DNA of 64,000 bases from Haliotis rubra (Eukaryota), in NCBI RefSeq assembly GCF_003918875.1, contig NW_025767368.1, forward strand, positions 620,001-684,000. The letters are read 5' to 3'. Both the position numbers and the translations under genes were made by a program. Numbering within the stretch: the first letter of the stretch is position 1; each line of letters starts with the position of its first letter. Of the stretch, positions 48,199-61,104 are shown piece by piece. The notes below the pieces were generated by a model. It was not told where the DNA came from. It did no database searches and saw only the letters and a program-made list of their open reading frames with translations.

Positions 48199-48835
48199 CA
48201 GTCTAAGTAAACTTAGGCTCAGTACTATTCGTTACACTGCTATACTGAGTCTAACAAAACCTTATGGAAGGTCGCGTCAGGTAACCTTTTCAATTGACCA
48301 ATCAGAACACAGCTTACCAAATTGCGAAAGTTGACATTCGCACATATCTTTTGAACTTTTACCTCGAAAAAGTTTGTAGCCGAACGATTCCGAATGCTAT
48401 TTCCCGTACGATCGCTTCCGAGTGATGCACAAGAGCACGCCACAACACTGTGACAACAGTGAGTAAACAGTCGCAGAAAATAGCGTTTTGTCAGTATTCA
48501 AGGGTGTCAGCTTGCGGAAATATTAGCTAATGATAACCATGTCATCAGAAACCCAAAAGCGTATATTCTGCAGGTCATATATCTGTATTTTATGCGGGTT
48601 TTCATTTGTTGTGAGATCAGTGTTGGTGACCGGGAAGAGAAAATCCATTTTGTAAGTCCCGCCGAACCCTAAATAGTAGCCGTTGTCTGATTGGTTAAAT
48701 CCGTTTGGTCGTCTCGCGTTTGATTGGACGGTCATAGGTCGCTCAAAGGTTACCTGACGCGACCTTCCACAAGGTTTTGTTAGACTCAGTATAGCAGTGT
48801 AACGAATAATACTGAGCCTAAGTTTACTTGGACTG
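48199..48835. mobile_element. Non-autonomous TIR element, about 90-bp TIRs, 8-bp TSD (hAT- or P-like)
   Basis: cagtc.aagtaaacttaggctcagta.tattcgttacactgctatactgagtctaacaaaacc... mirrored; perfect TSD tcagcaaa (48191-48198, 48836-48843). Confidence 0.9.
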
Positions 48836-50820
48836 TCAGCAAACGAACTCACTCCCTCACTCAGACAACCCAAAGCAAGTACGATGTTTAGGAAAAAGAT
48901 ACAGTCGGCAGACAGTCCTGTGACGAGGAGTCAAGTCACTGAAATAACGCTGGATCATATTTGCGACTGTGTATCTTAATGGCGTTGAAAAAAGGAAACA
49001 TTGCACTACAGGAGACAAATGAGCAGAATATCTGTTCCGCCTCCACTGATCTATCGCTGATTGTCTTGAGGACGTGATGAAACCAACCCGTTATCCGTTG
49101 CTGATGTGATATGACGAATATATTTCTCATAATAAAGTGACGTCACTTCCGGTGGTTTGCGCTCACTGTAAATGACACAGAAACTGGATTTAACCAAAGA
49201 AGAAGTTAAAAGAACAGAGAGGTGTATGTCCGGAATATACTTACATCGAAAACGTGTTCCACACATTGAATATAATAACCTTCTCAATTTCTAGTCGTGT
49301 TTCAGTCAGTTTGTATCCATGTAACAGTTGAAGTTACAATTCGTGTTACAATCACAAAAAACCGTTCTTGTTACAGTCAGCTTTTACTCATTTTATAATT
49401 AATCACCCGTGATGCAATCAGTTTACATTTGTATTACAATCAGTTTACATTAGTATTACAATCAGTTTCTGATAGTGTTACAGTCGACTTCTATTCCTGT
49501 TATTATCAGTCTTTAATATCATTACAATAGACAGTGTTTATTCGTGACAATCACTTTCTGTTCCTACTAGAATCGGTTTCTGTCCCTACAGGTTCAGTGA
49601 CTACCTATTAACAACGAACAAAGGAAAACCTCGCACATAACTTTATTTATGAATTAGACACTGGTGCAATACACTGATGCTAAGCTAAGCTAAATGATAA
49701 AATTTTAAGCGTAATATAATACAAGTAATAAAATATGTCTTTAAGCAGTAGAACTGTAATGCTCAAAACACACGAACTGTCAGGCATGGTGTCATGCTTC
49801 AACAAGATTGCAGCAACACTGTGGGTCCACCATCTACCCTTAGAAGCTCAATATCTTATGTCAGTTTCATGAAGGGCGTAAAAACCGATCTCTTAAATCT
49901 GCCTACACTCAGTAGCATTTGTGACTTTCTGTGAAGCGACTAGAGTACCTACTGAGACGTACTGAGACATATATTCCACAGAGTACAAGAGCCTAAACGT
50001 GATGAGGATTATCACTCATTCTCAGTAAACCGTGAGGTCTACAATTGTGAAAAATATAGTAAATGAAAACCGCTAACTGAAAAAATGACACTGTAGCGGT
50101 CATTTTTTCAGTTAGTACCATATCTGAACTAATTTTCTGCAAAATATTAACACTCAGGCACGACCAAAATTCTCATTATGTGTCCACAAATATATGACCA
50201 CCAATCCCGTGTTGTATGTTACGTTACAGCATCCCGATATGGATTACGATCTGTTTATTCCAACTGAATTGCGTGATGCGTTCAGGAGTTCAAAATTATA
50301 CACAGGTCCATCGAACTATGGAAGCGAATTAATTTGCTTCAAATCTAATATATAAATAAATAGAGTAATTAACATTGTGAACTGCTTATTTAGCTTTGTA
50401 ATGATATCAGTAAAAGATTTAACCAACAACACTAATCAAAAATGGAAAAATCAGTTGATAGTTTTCTGCCCATGTGCGAAACTACAAAGCTGGTCGATGA
50501 CAAACAATCGACCATAGTACAAATATTTCTGTTGGTTGTTCAGGATATTATTCGTCTGTAACGTAAATTACTACTGTTAATATATTTCAATAATGACACC
50601 CACTTTTGATAACTTTTCAGAAAGAAAAACTTGTAATCAGTCTGTAACAATTATCTTTTAATGAAAACGACACAAAACGTCACTCATCACAACTATAACG
50701 CAGTTTTCGATAAAAGCTCGGTCTCCATTTTGAGATGTATACTGCTCCCATTTTTGCTTTCTTTCTCTCTGTAGAATCATGTTACTTTGGGGCAGCAGTT
50801 TTAGCCACTGTATCTGAAAA

Positions 50821-51177
50821 GAGGTGAGGTGAGGTGAAATTGGGTTTTACGTCGTGCTTGAGAATATTTCGCTCATATGACGACGTGCATGCGTGTGTAT
50901 GTGTATGTGCGGCTGCTTGTACTAGCCTAGACTTAAGCTGGTTTTATAGTGCTAGCCCACTGAGATACCATGCCGCAGTGAAGCATGAATACCCCACTCA
51001 GACACATTATACTGACTCCGAGCCGACCAGTCCTTGTTGTACCCATTAATGCCGAGCGCCAGGCAGGGACCAACAAGTACCATATTTTAACGTCTTTTGG
51101 TATGACGCGGTCGGGGATCGAACCCGCGACCCTCCACTCTCCGGGCGGACGCTCTAACCACTACACCACGGAGGCGG
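50821..51177 (-). mobile_element. Full-length family B (V-domain-like) SINE
   Basis: Complete tRNA-like head; 12-bp TSD tgtatctgaaaa. Confidence 0.92.
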
Positions 51178-52788
51178 TGTATCTGAAAACAAATCCTCTT
51201 GACATTGTTGTATATGTTTCAATAATATGGCAACGTTTTTATCATAGTAATTCAACCATTCTGAATATCTCGGGGTAATGACGTAATTCACGTTACGATA
51301 ATAATGTACTTGCCAACACTCGTGAATGCACACAATTGAATTAATCAATGATTTCGATGGATTTTTTCTGCCGCAACCCCATTCACACAAGAATTTCAAA
51401 TAAACCTCAAACATATTGATACTATCTGTAACTCCTTCATTCTTTTATTGATTTACATCTCATCAATTAGAAGTTTGTTTCAACATTATAGTAACGTAAA
51501 TTAGTTGTGGTAATGAATAATGTTATGGCAAGATGAATAAATACTGAATGCTTGGTTGAGGCACATGTAAAACAACAGACCGCCGGACCCCATATGTACT
51601 GTGATGAAGACTATTACTGGAATGCTAGATTTCGAGTTATATGGGTAACATATGATTACTTGCTTAAAAAATCTCTACTGATGTCGAGCATATTGTTCCA
51701 TATTGTAAGAAAAATCAATGTTTACGAAACTATATGGTTTTACATATCGAGAATAGATGAACAGGCCAATCAAGAAAAGTTATCTTGTGGTTCTGTGCGA
51801 TGATTTACCACAAGAAAAGCTGTAAACAAACACAAAGTAACGTAAATTACTCTGACTCTACCGACATAATCTAAACGTGAGTTTTGGGTTTTGGTTGGTG
51901 AACCACCGACATGCTGACATGGGCGAATTAACCCGTATGTATTTGGCTCTTTCATCTCACTAAATATAACAAAACTTCCGTTGGATAACATTTTGCAGCA
52001 ACTTAAATGAAAAGAATACGCACTACCGACATAGCAAAAATGCCGTCATAGAGCCAAATGTTTGCTACTCACGCTGCAATATGACTTTTTTCTGCACAGA
52101 TACACCTGGATTTAATATCAAATTTGAAAGCACCGACCGCAATTGTCCCAGTTAACTGAGAATGAGTGTATATCAATGGAAAACGGAACATCAGTGACAA
52201 AACCAGTCGTTCCTGAAAAGCAGAAAAGCTTACTCTCATCTCGTGTTACTGTCAGGTTTTATTCCCGTTACAATTAGTTTACTTTACAATATCAATTACC
52301 ATTCGTGTCACTATCAGCTACTAATCGTGTTATCGCCCAGGTCAATGTTAACATTCCTGTTATCATATATGTTATCATATTTCACACATGTGGTAACCAC
52401 ATCAAAGGCAGTCACCTGATGCTTCCATGGCAACCTCACATGGCCAACGTCGTGAGTGACAGGTGTGATGCCTGCCCAGAATCCCACCTGAGTTACGGAC
52501 TTTTGTGCAACTGATCAATGGAGCAACATGCTGTACAAACACACCAGTGGCGAGACTGGAGTCACTAGGTGCATGCGCAGCAGTTAGACCACACCCAGCA
52601 TACCAGCGCGAGGGACCCCGGTTATAGAATGTCCCCACTAAGCGATTTAATGGAACGAATAGGCTTGTTCAGCGTCCGAAATTAATGTCGGTCCTTATAC
52701 CCGAAGCCGACTGAAAACAACACGGCCCTACAGCTTTTGTTTTCTGCAGGTCCTTATGGCCGACAGTTTTTTCATCCCCACTAACTGA

Positions 52789-53127
52789 GGGACAGTTCAT
52801 AATAAATGGCTAGGGGGGTGATTATGATTTTAAAGGGGGGTGGGGGATCACCCATTTTGTTGTGGGGAGGAAGGGAGGATCAGCAATTTTGTACACATGT
52901 ACTTGGGTGGGTCAGCTATTTTGTACATAAACACTACAACAATATGCTTAACAAATAAGCGGGCAGGGGAGAGGGCATTGATTTTGTACATGATATGCAA
53001 GGGGCCCCGGGGTCACTTACTGTATAAGTACATTTTTTAATTTATTGGGGGTTTTATTATTCACAATGTACATGCTTCTGAATAAAAATCATCATCACCC
53101 CACTTGCCATAAATTATGAACGGTCCC
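52789..53127. mobile_element. PIF/Harbinger-like MITE
   Basis: gggac.gttcataat..atggc / gccat..attatgaac.gtccc TIRs; flanks tga/taa. Confidence 0.7.
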
Positions 53128-53571
53128 TAAGCGTATTATTTCCATATTAAAATATAGAGCCAATTCATTCTGATCAGGACCCACAACTTTGTATGGTTCT
53201 GGGTCCTTAGCGCCTGCAGTATTTCCGGGTTAAGGGCAAAGACTGGCCTGGCTGGTGACTTGGGTGACTGGGTTCCGTATGTCGCTGTTCAAAATTAATA
53301 TCAATCACTGGTTTAAGTGGCTATGACATGAATATTTACACGTGACCGTGTCAGCGTTGATTTGAATATTGCTGAGTACTGCATTAAACAACGACCTCGT
53401 AAAAATCAGAGCTTTCACTCCAACACAATCGTCACTCCTCGACGTATACATAGGGTTGAAACAAAACCAAAGAAAGTAGATCTATAACGATTGCCGTGTG
53501 ACTCAGACTCACACACGATCACGGTCGATAATCTGACCAGATAACAGACCAGAAAATCCAAAGCCAACCTG

Positions 53572-53678
53572 GGTCCCGACCCTGAAAGCGTTCGTAACGT
53601 TACGACCTGTAGTACCTGTATAGTTTTTCATAAGCTTACGAATGACGTAGCCCTACGAACGTTTTGTGGATCGGGACC
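53572..53678. mobile_element. Small MITE with CTG TSD
   Basis: ggtcccga.cc..aaa.cgttcgta mirrored; ctg on both sides. Confidence 0.7.
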
Positions 53679-53786
53679 CTGGTCACTGTAGTCGCCTGTC
53701 CCGACAATCACCACCTGCTGAAGAACAACCCAAACCCGGATTTTCATCAGGGTGATGAAAGCCAAGAAAGTAAAAAGATATATTAT

Positions 53787-54281
53787 AAAACGTACCGATG
53801 AATTTCAATTCAAACAAAAATGTAAGTGAAATTAAGATTGCGAATCCTCATAATTTTACCTTGCCATTTGAACGTTTTAATCTGAGAATTTCATTCAACT
53901 TAGGATAAAAGTTGTTTAACAAACGATCATAGTTTCAAATCGTTATTATTGGTTTGTATTACACGGGGGTATGCACATTAAATGAAAAACCGAGAACAAG
54001 AGAGTTCGTCTATGTTAACGCTCATCACGTACCGCACGTGCATTTGTTTCACTGTTCCAACTACTGCGCTTACCCCTTTGTAATACAAACCAGTAATAGC
54101 GATTTGAAACTATGATCGTTTGTTAAACAACTTTTATCTTAAGTTGTAAAAAATTCTGAATTTTAAATGTTCAAATGACAAGGTAAAATTATGAGGATTC
54201 GCAATCTTAATTTCACTTCTTTTGATTTACATTTTTGTTGAAAGTGAAATTCATCGGTACGTTTTCACTGCAAACAGACTA
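53787..54281. mobile_element. Second copy of the fold-back MITE, inverted, left tip missing
   Basis: Homologous to 34575-35096. Confidence 0.88.
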
Positions 54282-55051
54282 TAACTAAGTTATGACATCT
54301 AATAACTAAGTTATGACATGCATCGACTAAGTCAGCGAGCTGTATGAACACAATAAGTTGTGAGTGACCCAGTTCAACGAAACACGATATCAGTGACTCA
54401 CAGCCTCAGCTGGTATGTCGAGGTGTTCAAGTATTAGTCATATTCGGTAGCCACTATGGTCATTAATCCATTGCCATTAACCTTGGGTTGTGACATGACG
54501 TCGGCTGTGACGTCACTAAGGGGAAACAACCTGCCGGTCACGCGTTCTAAACAAAACTGAGATTGAATATTGATTACAGCTCGCGTTTGCAATATTAACG
54601 TTATACTTCTTTAACTATATGGCATCTTGGAAAAAACACATGTCAACCGGTCAGTACCGGTCATCGGCGGCACGATGTCCCTCCAAGAGCCTTGTCACAG
54701 AACAGAAGCAACCCGATCCCCACGGGTCCTCAGGCCTGTGACACTGACAATGTATTAATCTCAGGTTTCCCACGAAAGTTGAACCGGGACTCACTAACTT
54801 CATTTAGCCACCATGCTGATCAGATAATCAAAAAGAACACATTAAATAAATTGTGGCCAATGAAACCGTGAATTTCATCTCCTAAATTATTTTTTTCCTG
54901 AAAATAATTTATGCTCTTTTAATTTTGTCGGGTTTAGCTAAAGACTCTGGACTATGATCTCTGATATCCACGGTTTTACAGAATACCAGTGGGCGCGTTC
55001 TCTGCATATCTGTGGCCTTTGACCGGACCTGATTACCCGTCCGACATCCAA

Positions 55052-56985
55052 ACATTCAAACACTGGTCAAACTATGCCTCATAGTGTTTTCAGAAGTGTT
55101 ACCTCAGGCATACATTCAACACTGGTCAAACTATGCCTCATAGTGTTTTCAGAAGTGTTACCACAGGCATACATTTAAACACTGGTCAAACTATGCCTCA
55201 TAGTGTTTTCAGAAGTGTTACCACAGGCATACATTCAAACACTGGTCAAACCATGCCTCATAGTGTTTTCAGAAGTGTTACCACAGGCATACATTCAAAC
55301 ACTGGTCAAACTATGCCTCATAGTGTTTTCAGAAGTGTTACCACAGGCATACATTCAAACACTGGTCAAACTATGCCTCATAGTGTTTTCAGAAGTGTTA
55401 CCACAGGCATACATTCAAACACTGGTCAAACTATGCCTCATAGTGTTTTCAGAAGTGTTACCACAGGCATACATTCAAACACTGGTCAAACTATGCCTCA
55501 TAGTGTTTTCAGAAGTGTTACCACAGGCATACATTCAAACACTGGTCAAACTATGCCTCATAGTGTTTTCAGAAGTGTTACCACAGGCATACATTCAAAC
55601 ACTGGTCAAACTATGCCTCATAGTGTTTTTCAGAAGTGTTACCACAGGCATACATTCAAACACTGGTCAAACTATGCCTCATAGTGTTTTCAGAAGTGTT
55701 ACCACAGGCATACATTCAAACACTGGTCAAACATGCTCATAGTGTTTTCAGAAGTGTTACCACAGGCATACATTCAAACACTGGTCAAACTCATAGTGTT
55801 TTCAGAAGTGTTACCACAGGCATACATTCAAACACTGGTCACACTATGCCTCATAGTGTTTTCAGAAGTGTTACCACAGACATACATTCAAACACTGGTC
55901 AAACACTATGCCTCATAGTGTTTTCAGAAGTGTTACCACAGGCATACATTCAAACACTTCAAACTATGCCTCATAGTCAAACTATGCCTCATAGTGTTTT
56001 CAAGAAGTGTTACCACAGACATACATTCAAACACTGGTCAAACTATGCCTCATAGTGTTTTCAGAAGTGTTACCACAGGCATACATTCAAACACTGGTCA
56101 ACTATGCCTCATAGTGTTTTCAGAAGTGTTACCACAGGCATACATTCAAACACTGGTCAAACTATGCCTCATAGTGTTTTCAGAAGTGTTACCACAGGCA
56201 TACATTCAAACACTGGTCAAACTATGCCTCATAGTGTTTTCAGAAGTGTTACCACAGGCATACATTCAAACACTGGTCAAACTATGCCTCATAGTGTTTT
56301 CAGAAGTGTTACCACAGACATACATTCAAACACTGGTCAAACTATGCCTCATAGTGTTTTCAGAAGTGTTACCACAGACATACATTCAAACACTGGTCAA
56401 ACTATGCCTCATAGTGCTTTCAGAAGTGTTACCACAGACATACATTCAACACTGGTCAAACTATGCCTCATAGTGTTTTCAGAAGTGTTACCACAGGCAT
56501 ACATTCAAACACTGGTCAAACTATGCCTCATAGTGTTTTCAGAAGTGTTACCACAGGCATACATTCAAACACTGGTCAAACTATGCCTCATAGTGTTTTC
56601 AGAAGTGTTACCACAGGCATACATTCAACACTGGTCGCACTAAGAACAAACAAAGGCTGGAACAAACTCTTCATACACACAAATCTACTTCTATGCATCA
56701 CAGTTCTGTCAGAGGTGTTGCCATAAACAGGCATTCAAACACTGGTCAAACTATGTCCGACAGTACTGTCAGAAGTGTTACCACAGACAGACATTCAAAC
56801 ACTGGTCAAACTATGTCCGACAGTACTGTCAGAAGTGTTACCACAGACAGACATTCAAACACTGGTCAAACTATGTCCGACAGTACTGTCAGAAGTGTTA
56901 CCACAGACAGACATTCAAACACTGGTCAAACTATGTCCGACAGTACTGTCAGAAGTGTTACCACAGACAGACATTCAAACACATT
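55052..56985. repeat. 60-bp minisatellite with a variant sub-array at about 56730-56985
   Basis: (acattcaaacactggtcaaactatgcctcatagtgttttcagaagtgttaccacaggcat)n; the variant carries gtccgacagtactgtc. Confidence 0.97.
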
Positions 56986-58009
56986 ATGCCTCATGCGCCA
57001 TGGCTGTGCAGTTACTAAATTTTATATTTACGTTAATAAAGGTTAATCGACACCATTGACACCAATCGACACCAATTGACACCATAAAAAAACAAGCATA
57101 CCTACATACTTAATGATATGACATAACAGTTGATTATTTTCAAGGAATTCATGGATAAAATGATTTACTTTAATTTTGCATTACTAAAATATTCATCCGT
57201 GATAACACAAAATATCAACGACATTTTACTTGCTTGACTATTCAAGGAAGCTAAACGATGTCAAATGGAAAATGTTATCTTAGGGAAGGTGTACATGGAA
57301 AAAAGGCTTGGCGAAGGTGTTTGACTGGTGGGTGCTTCCACTCGAGAAGGACGTGTGTACCCTTTAGCAGGAACACCTGGTGTCATCCCTAATTTCCAGT
57401 GATCTATTTGCTTAATTTCCATCACTATTTTGCCCTTTACTCTCCACAGAATGTTTCAGTAGTTATTCGATACAATATTTTCTCACGTTAACGTCTGGTT
57501 GAAAATGTAATCGCTTGCATTATCTACCACAAAGCTCAAAACTACATCGTCTAGATTACTAAGCATCATTGTAATTAAGATGTTCGTAATTTCTATTGAA
57601 TTAACTTAGCACCTCTATACGCGAGGTTTTCTGAAATTTTAAATATTTCAACAAATTTACAACGATACAACATCCTTCAGCATACAACGTCCATGGTAAG
57701 ACAAACACTTGCAAATTGTGGCCATGACCAACTACACGTATATGACTAAAACGGGTACTATACATGTTTAAGAAAATCAGCTGGGTCAAGTGTTAACTTA
57801 GGTTATAATATTACACAAACGCTTCCTGTAAACATTTAACATCAATATATTTGACACATTTTAGTCCTACCTATAAATGCATTTATTGTTGTTGCTTCAA
57901 TAAACAAAGATTAATTATCCTTTACATGAAAACAGCTCATAATTTTCATTAAAATTTAGAAAGCTATTGCTCGTGTTATTTTTAAACCATGGACCATATA
58001 ATATACCTC

Positions 58010-58345
58010 GGGCGGTGGGGTAGCCTAGTGTTTAAAGCGTTCGCCCGTTCACCGCAGTAACGGGATCGATTACCCACATGAGTACAATGAGTGAATCCAA
58101 TTTTGTAGTCCCACGTGGTGATATTGTTGGAATAATGCCAAAAGCGGAAAGACAACATAGGCGGAACCAGGAATTTTCAAGGGGGGTTCAGGGGGTTCGA
58201 ACCCCTGAACTCCACCTTGGCTCCGCCATTGAGTAATACACTTCAGTGTGGTCTTTAGTCATTTTCAAAGATGGGGAGTGGGGGACCCTGAACCCACCTC
58301 TGGATCCGCCACTGGACAACCCATTCACTCACCCACTCACCCACG
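58010..58345 (+). mobile_element. Diverged family A SINE with a composite mini-TIR element (58156-58314) in its tail
   Basis: Head gggcggtggggtagcctagtg; insert cataggcgg...ggatccgccactg flanked by gacaa. Confidence 0.7.
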
Positions 58346-58905
58346 CACGCAGTCATAAACTCATACCTTGACCTTTCAGCTGAAGGCGACATTACATTTT
58401 CAGATCCGACATGATATTGTGAACCGTATTAACAGTTAGCATGTGCAAAGAATCAAGAAAACGATATGCATGTGTATTTCCTGAATCCGTTATGTAAAGG
58501 TGATGTAAGCGCCGAGAGAGTCGAATACCCGTGTTCCACCTTCCCCATACTGGGAGAGTCACATCTCCGATGTTGGTGTTACATTGTCGCTGACGCTGTT
58601 GGATGTGTGTGGGGGGCCGTGCTCCGTGAGGAATCTGCTTGCTAATGTCAGTAAGTCAGCTCCTCCGAGAACTGCACGTTCTGAGCTGGAACTGTTTTCC
58701 CCTCCCAGACTCCCAGTTACATAATGCAGGGGAATCTCCGACCCTTCCGTCAGTGTATACCTTCTACCGTGGCCTCCCACGGCCTACCACAGCTGGGGGA
58801 ACGCTCATGTTGTTTCCCATCTCAACACTCGTGTTAAGTGGAGACGGCTTGATGTCTTCAGTATTTTACAGATATCCCTGATAACGGTTAATATAACACT
58901 ACACA

Positions 58906-59089
58906 TAGTAGCTGAATATACAATTGTGGTAGAAACAAATAATTCATTTTAAATTGAAAAGGAGCCCCAGTGATAGGGCAGATTCAGAACCTGCGGAAAT
59001 CTAGACTTGCTTCATTTTGGACTTAAGCATTGCAGAATTGACTGGGCGGAAGGGAAAATAATGTGGTTCGGGGACTGTGAGACAAACTA
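58906..59089 (+). mobile_element. Copy of the TAG..CTA element, left end eroded
   Basis: ggaaatctagacttgcttcatt...gggactgtgagacaaacta matches 26800-26900. Confidence 0.75.
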
Positions 59090-59541
59090 GATTCATATTG
59101 GCATTAAACGTGCACGCTTTGATTCTATGAGTGAGGTTTAACACCGCTTCTAACAGAAATTCGGCTTACAGCTGCAGTTTGTAGGGGAGATGTTGAATAC
59201 AAGAGCTCCATGGCTCTCCCGATTCATCAGTTGTAATTCTACCCTTATAATCGGCAAGTCTTGAGAAATTATGAGTGTTTTAACAGACAACAACCAGTTG
59301 TGACCGGTCAGGTACTGTGGCTTGGTATATATTAGGACAGCGTATCACAAAGTTGCTCATTATATCAACCACTGGTTTATCCCTGTGGTGATGATGATGA
59401 TGATGACGACGACGACGACGATATAGAATTATTATCATGACAGCAAATACAATACTAACCGAATAATTGACTCTTCAAATCTCAATTCCACATACGGTGG
59501 TTCATGAGATGCATAAATATACAATTGTGTTCAAAATAGCA

Positions 59542-59910
59542 CCAACCGCCTCCGTGGTGTAGTGGTTAGAGCGTCCGCCCGGAGAGCAGAAGGTCGCGGG
59601 TTCGATCCCCGACCGCGTCATACCAAAAGACGTTAAAATATGGTACTTGTTGGTCCCTGCCTGGCACTCGGCATTAATGGGTACAACAAGGACTGGTCGG
59701 CTCGGAGTCAGTATAATGTGTCTGAGTGGGGTATTCATGCTTCACTGCGGCATGGTATCTCAGTGGGCTAGCACTTTAAAACCAGCTTATGTCTGGGCTA
59801 GTACAAGCAGTCGCACATACCCATACACACGCATGCACGTCGTCATATGAGCGAAATATTCTCAAACACAACGTTAAACCCAATTTCACCTCACCTCACC
59901 TCACCTCACC
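59542..59910 (+). mobile_element. Full-length family B (V-domain-like) SINE
   Basis: tRNA-like head, (cacct)n tail, 11-bp TSD tcaaaatagca. Confidence 0.92.
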
Positions 59911-60980
59911 TCAAAATAGCAGCGGTAACAGGACTACTGAAAATTTAAAAAGTTGAACAAATTAATTGTATTTATTGTTTTACAAACAGTATTCAGGCAT
60001 TTAGAGAGACTTTTTTATCAGTAAACTCTTTACCTGTCAAATGTTTCTTACAATGAAATTTAATATTCGGCAATTTAAGAAATTTTAAAGAGTTTATATG
60101 GCTGTTGGAAAACATGAAATTCATCTCCAACAGCGACTGAATTACTAAGGTGACATTGACTATTTACAAATCTAGTCAATACTTGTTTACTTACTTACGC
60201 AAACGGACTAAATAGCCAGTGGACGTCATATTTTACAACAAGGCTGTCAGGTATTACACAATCAATCTGTTGACGACAAAAGTTCAGTCCGTGCAAATGC
60301 GTCTTTCTTCAGTGCAGTTTACTGAATGCATGTGTGTCACTCGGAAAATGGTAGACGCCGCACTGATGTCGATGTTGACGTCACAGGCAGTTGCGACCAC
60401 GGTGACATGAACGGTAATCGACGGAACGGCAGTGAAAGCGACGGAAATACACTTACGACATGAGACATCCTCTTACCGCCCATCCTGTGTAAACAAACTA
60501 TTACGGGGCCATTAAATTTCAAGCTCGATCATTATAAATATTTTTTTGCGCAGAAAATTAATTAAATTGAAGTATTTTCTGCCAAAGCAAATATGTGCGT
60601 GGTACAGCGACATTGTTAATGAAATCACCTTGCTTCACACTGGGCAACCTGGATTCTCGTAACGTGTCACTAAGCAATGAAAGGGGTTGATTCAGGTAAG
60701 TATTGCATCATGTCCACACACAAGACAAGCTGTCGTGCGCTACCTGTACTCCGCTGCGACCACGTGGTGCGGAGCACGTACAATGCTCATACGCTCCCCA
60801 GGGGAGGGGAAAGGCACAATCGAGGTAACACACTTATATCTGTCGCCTTATTTTCCACGTAAGAAACGCTGTAAAGGTTACAAGGGAGGTAACCGGTGTA
60901 CAGGATGAATGCTGCCTACTTGCCCCGCAACACGTTCAGAGAAGACGGGAATGTTAGTAGATGCTACGCCAGTTATCCCG

Positions 60981-61050
60981 TCAGCCAATCAGAAGCCCGG
61001 ATCTGGATCGGCGCGTTATAAATACACCAGCACGTGGAACGTCAATGTAC
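60981..61050 (+). promoter_or_regulatory. Core promoter of the TMEM205-like gene
   Basis: agCCAATcag 60985-60989, TATAAA 61017-61022, CACGTG 61031-61036, ATG at 61105. Confidence 0.6.
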
Positions 61051-61104
61051 TCTGACAGACTACTGAAAGGACGGAAGATCCAATACGCATCAAGAATATC
61101 CATT

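Noticed and set aside
55133-57059. Repetitive-protein ORFs in the 60-bp array (also 15087-15588 and 8448-8771)
   Set aside because: Open only because the repeat unit lacks stops; broken by indels; no splice support.
57300-57410. Weak resemblance to a common mollusc interspersed repeat
   Set aside because: Single degraded copy with no boundaries or TSD.
59542-59620. tRNA genes at SINE heads
   Set aside because: A/B boxes continue into SINE body, tail and TSD; there is no closed cloverleaf with a Pol III terminator.
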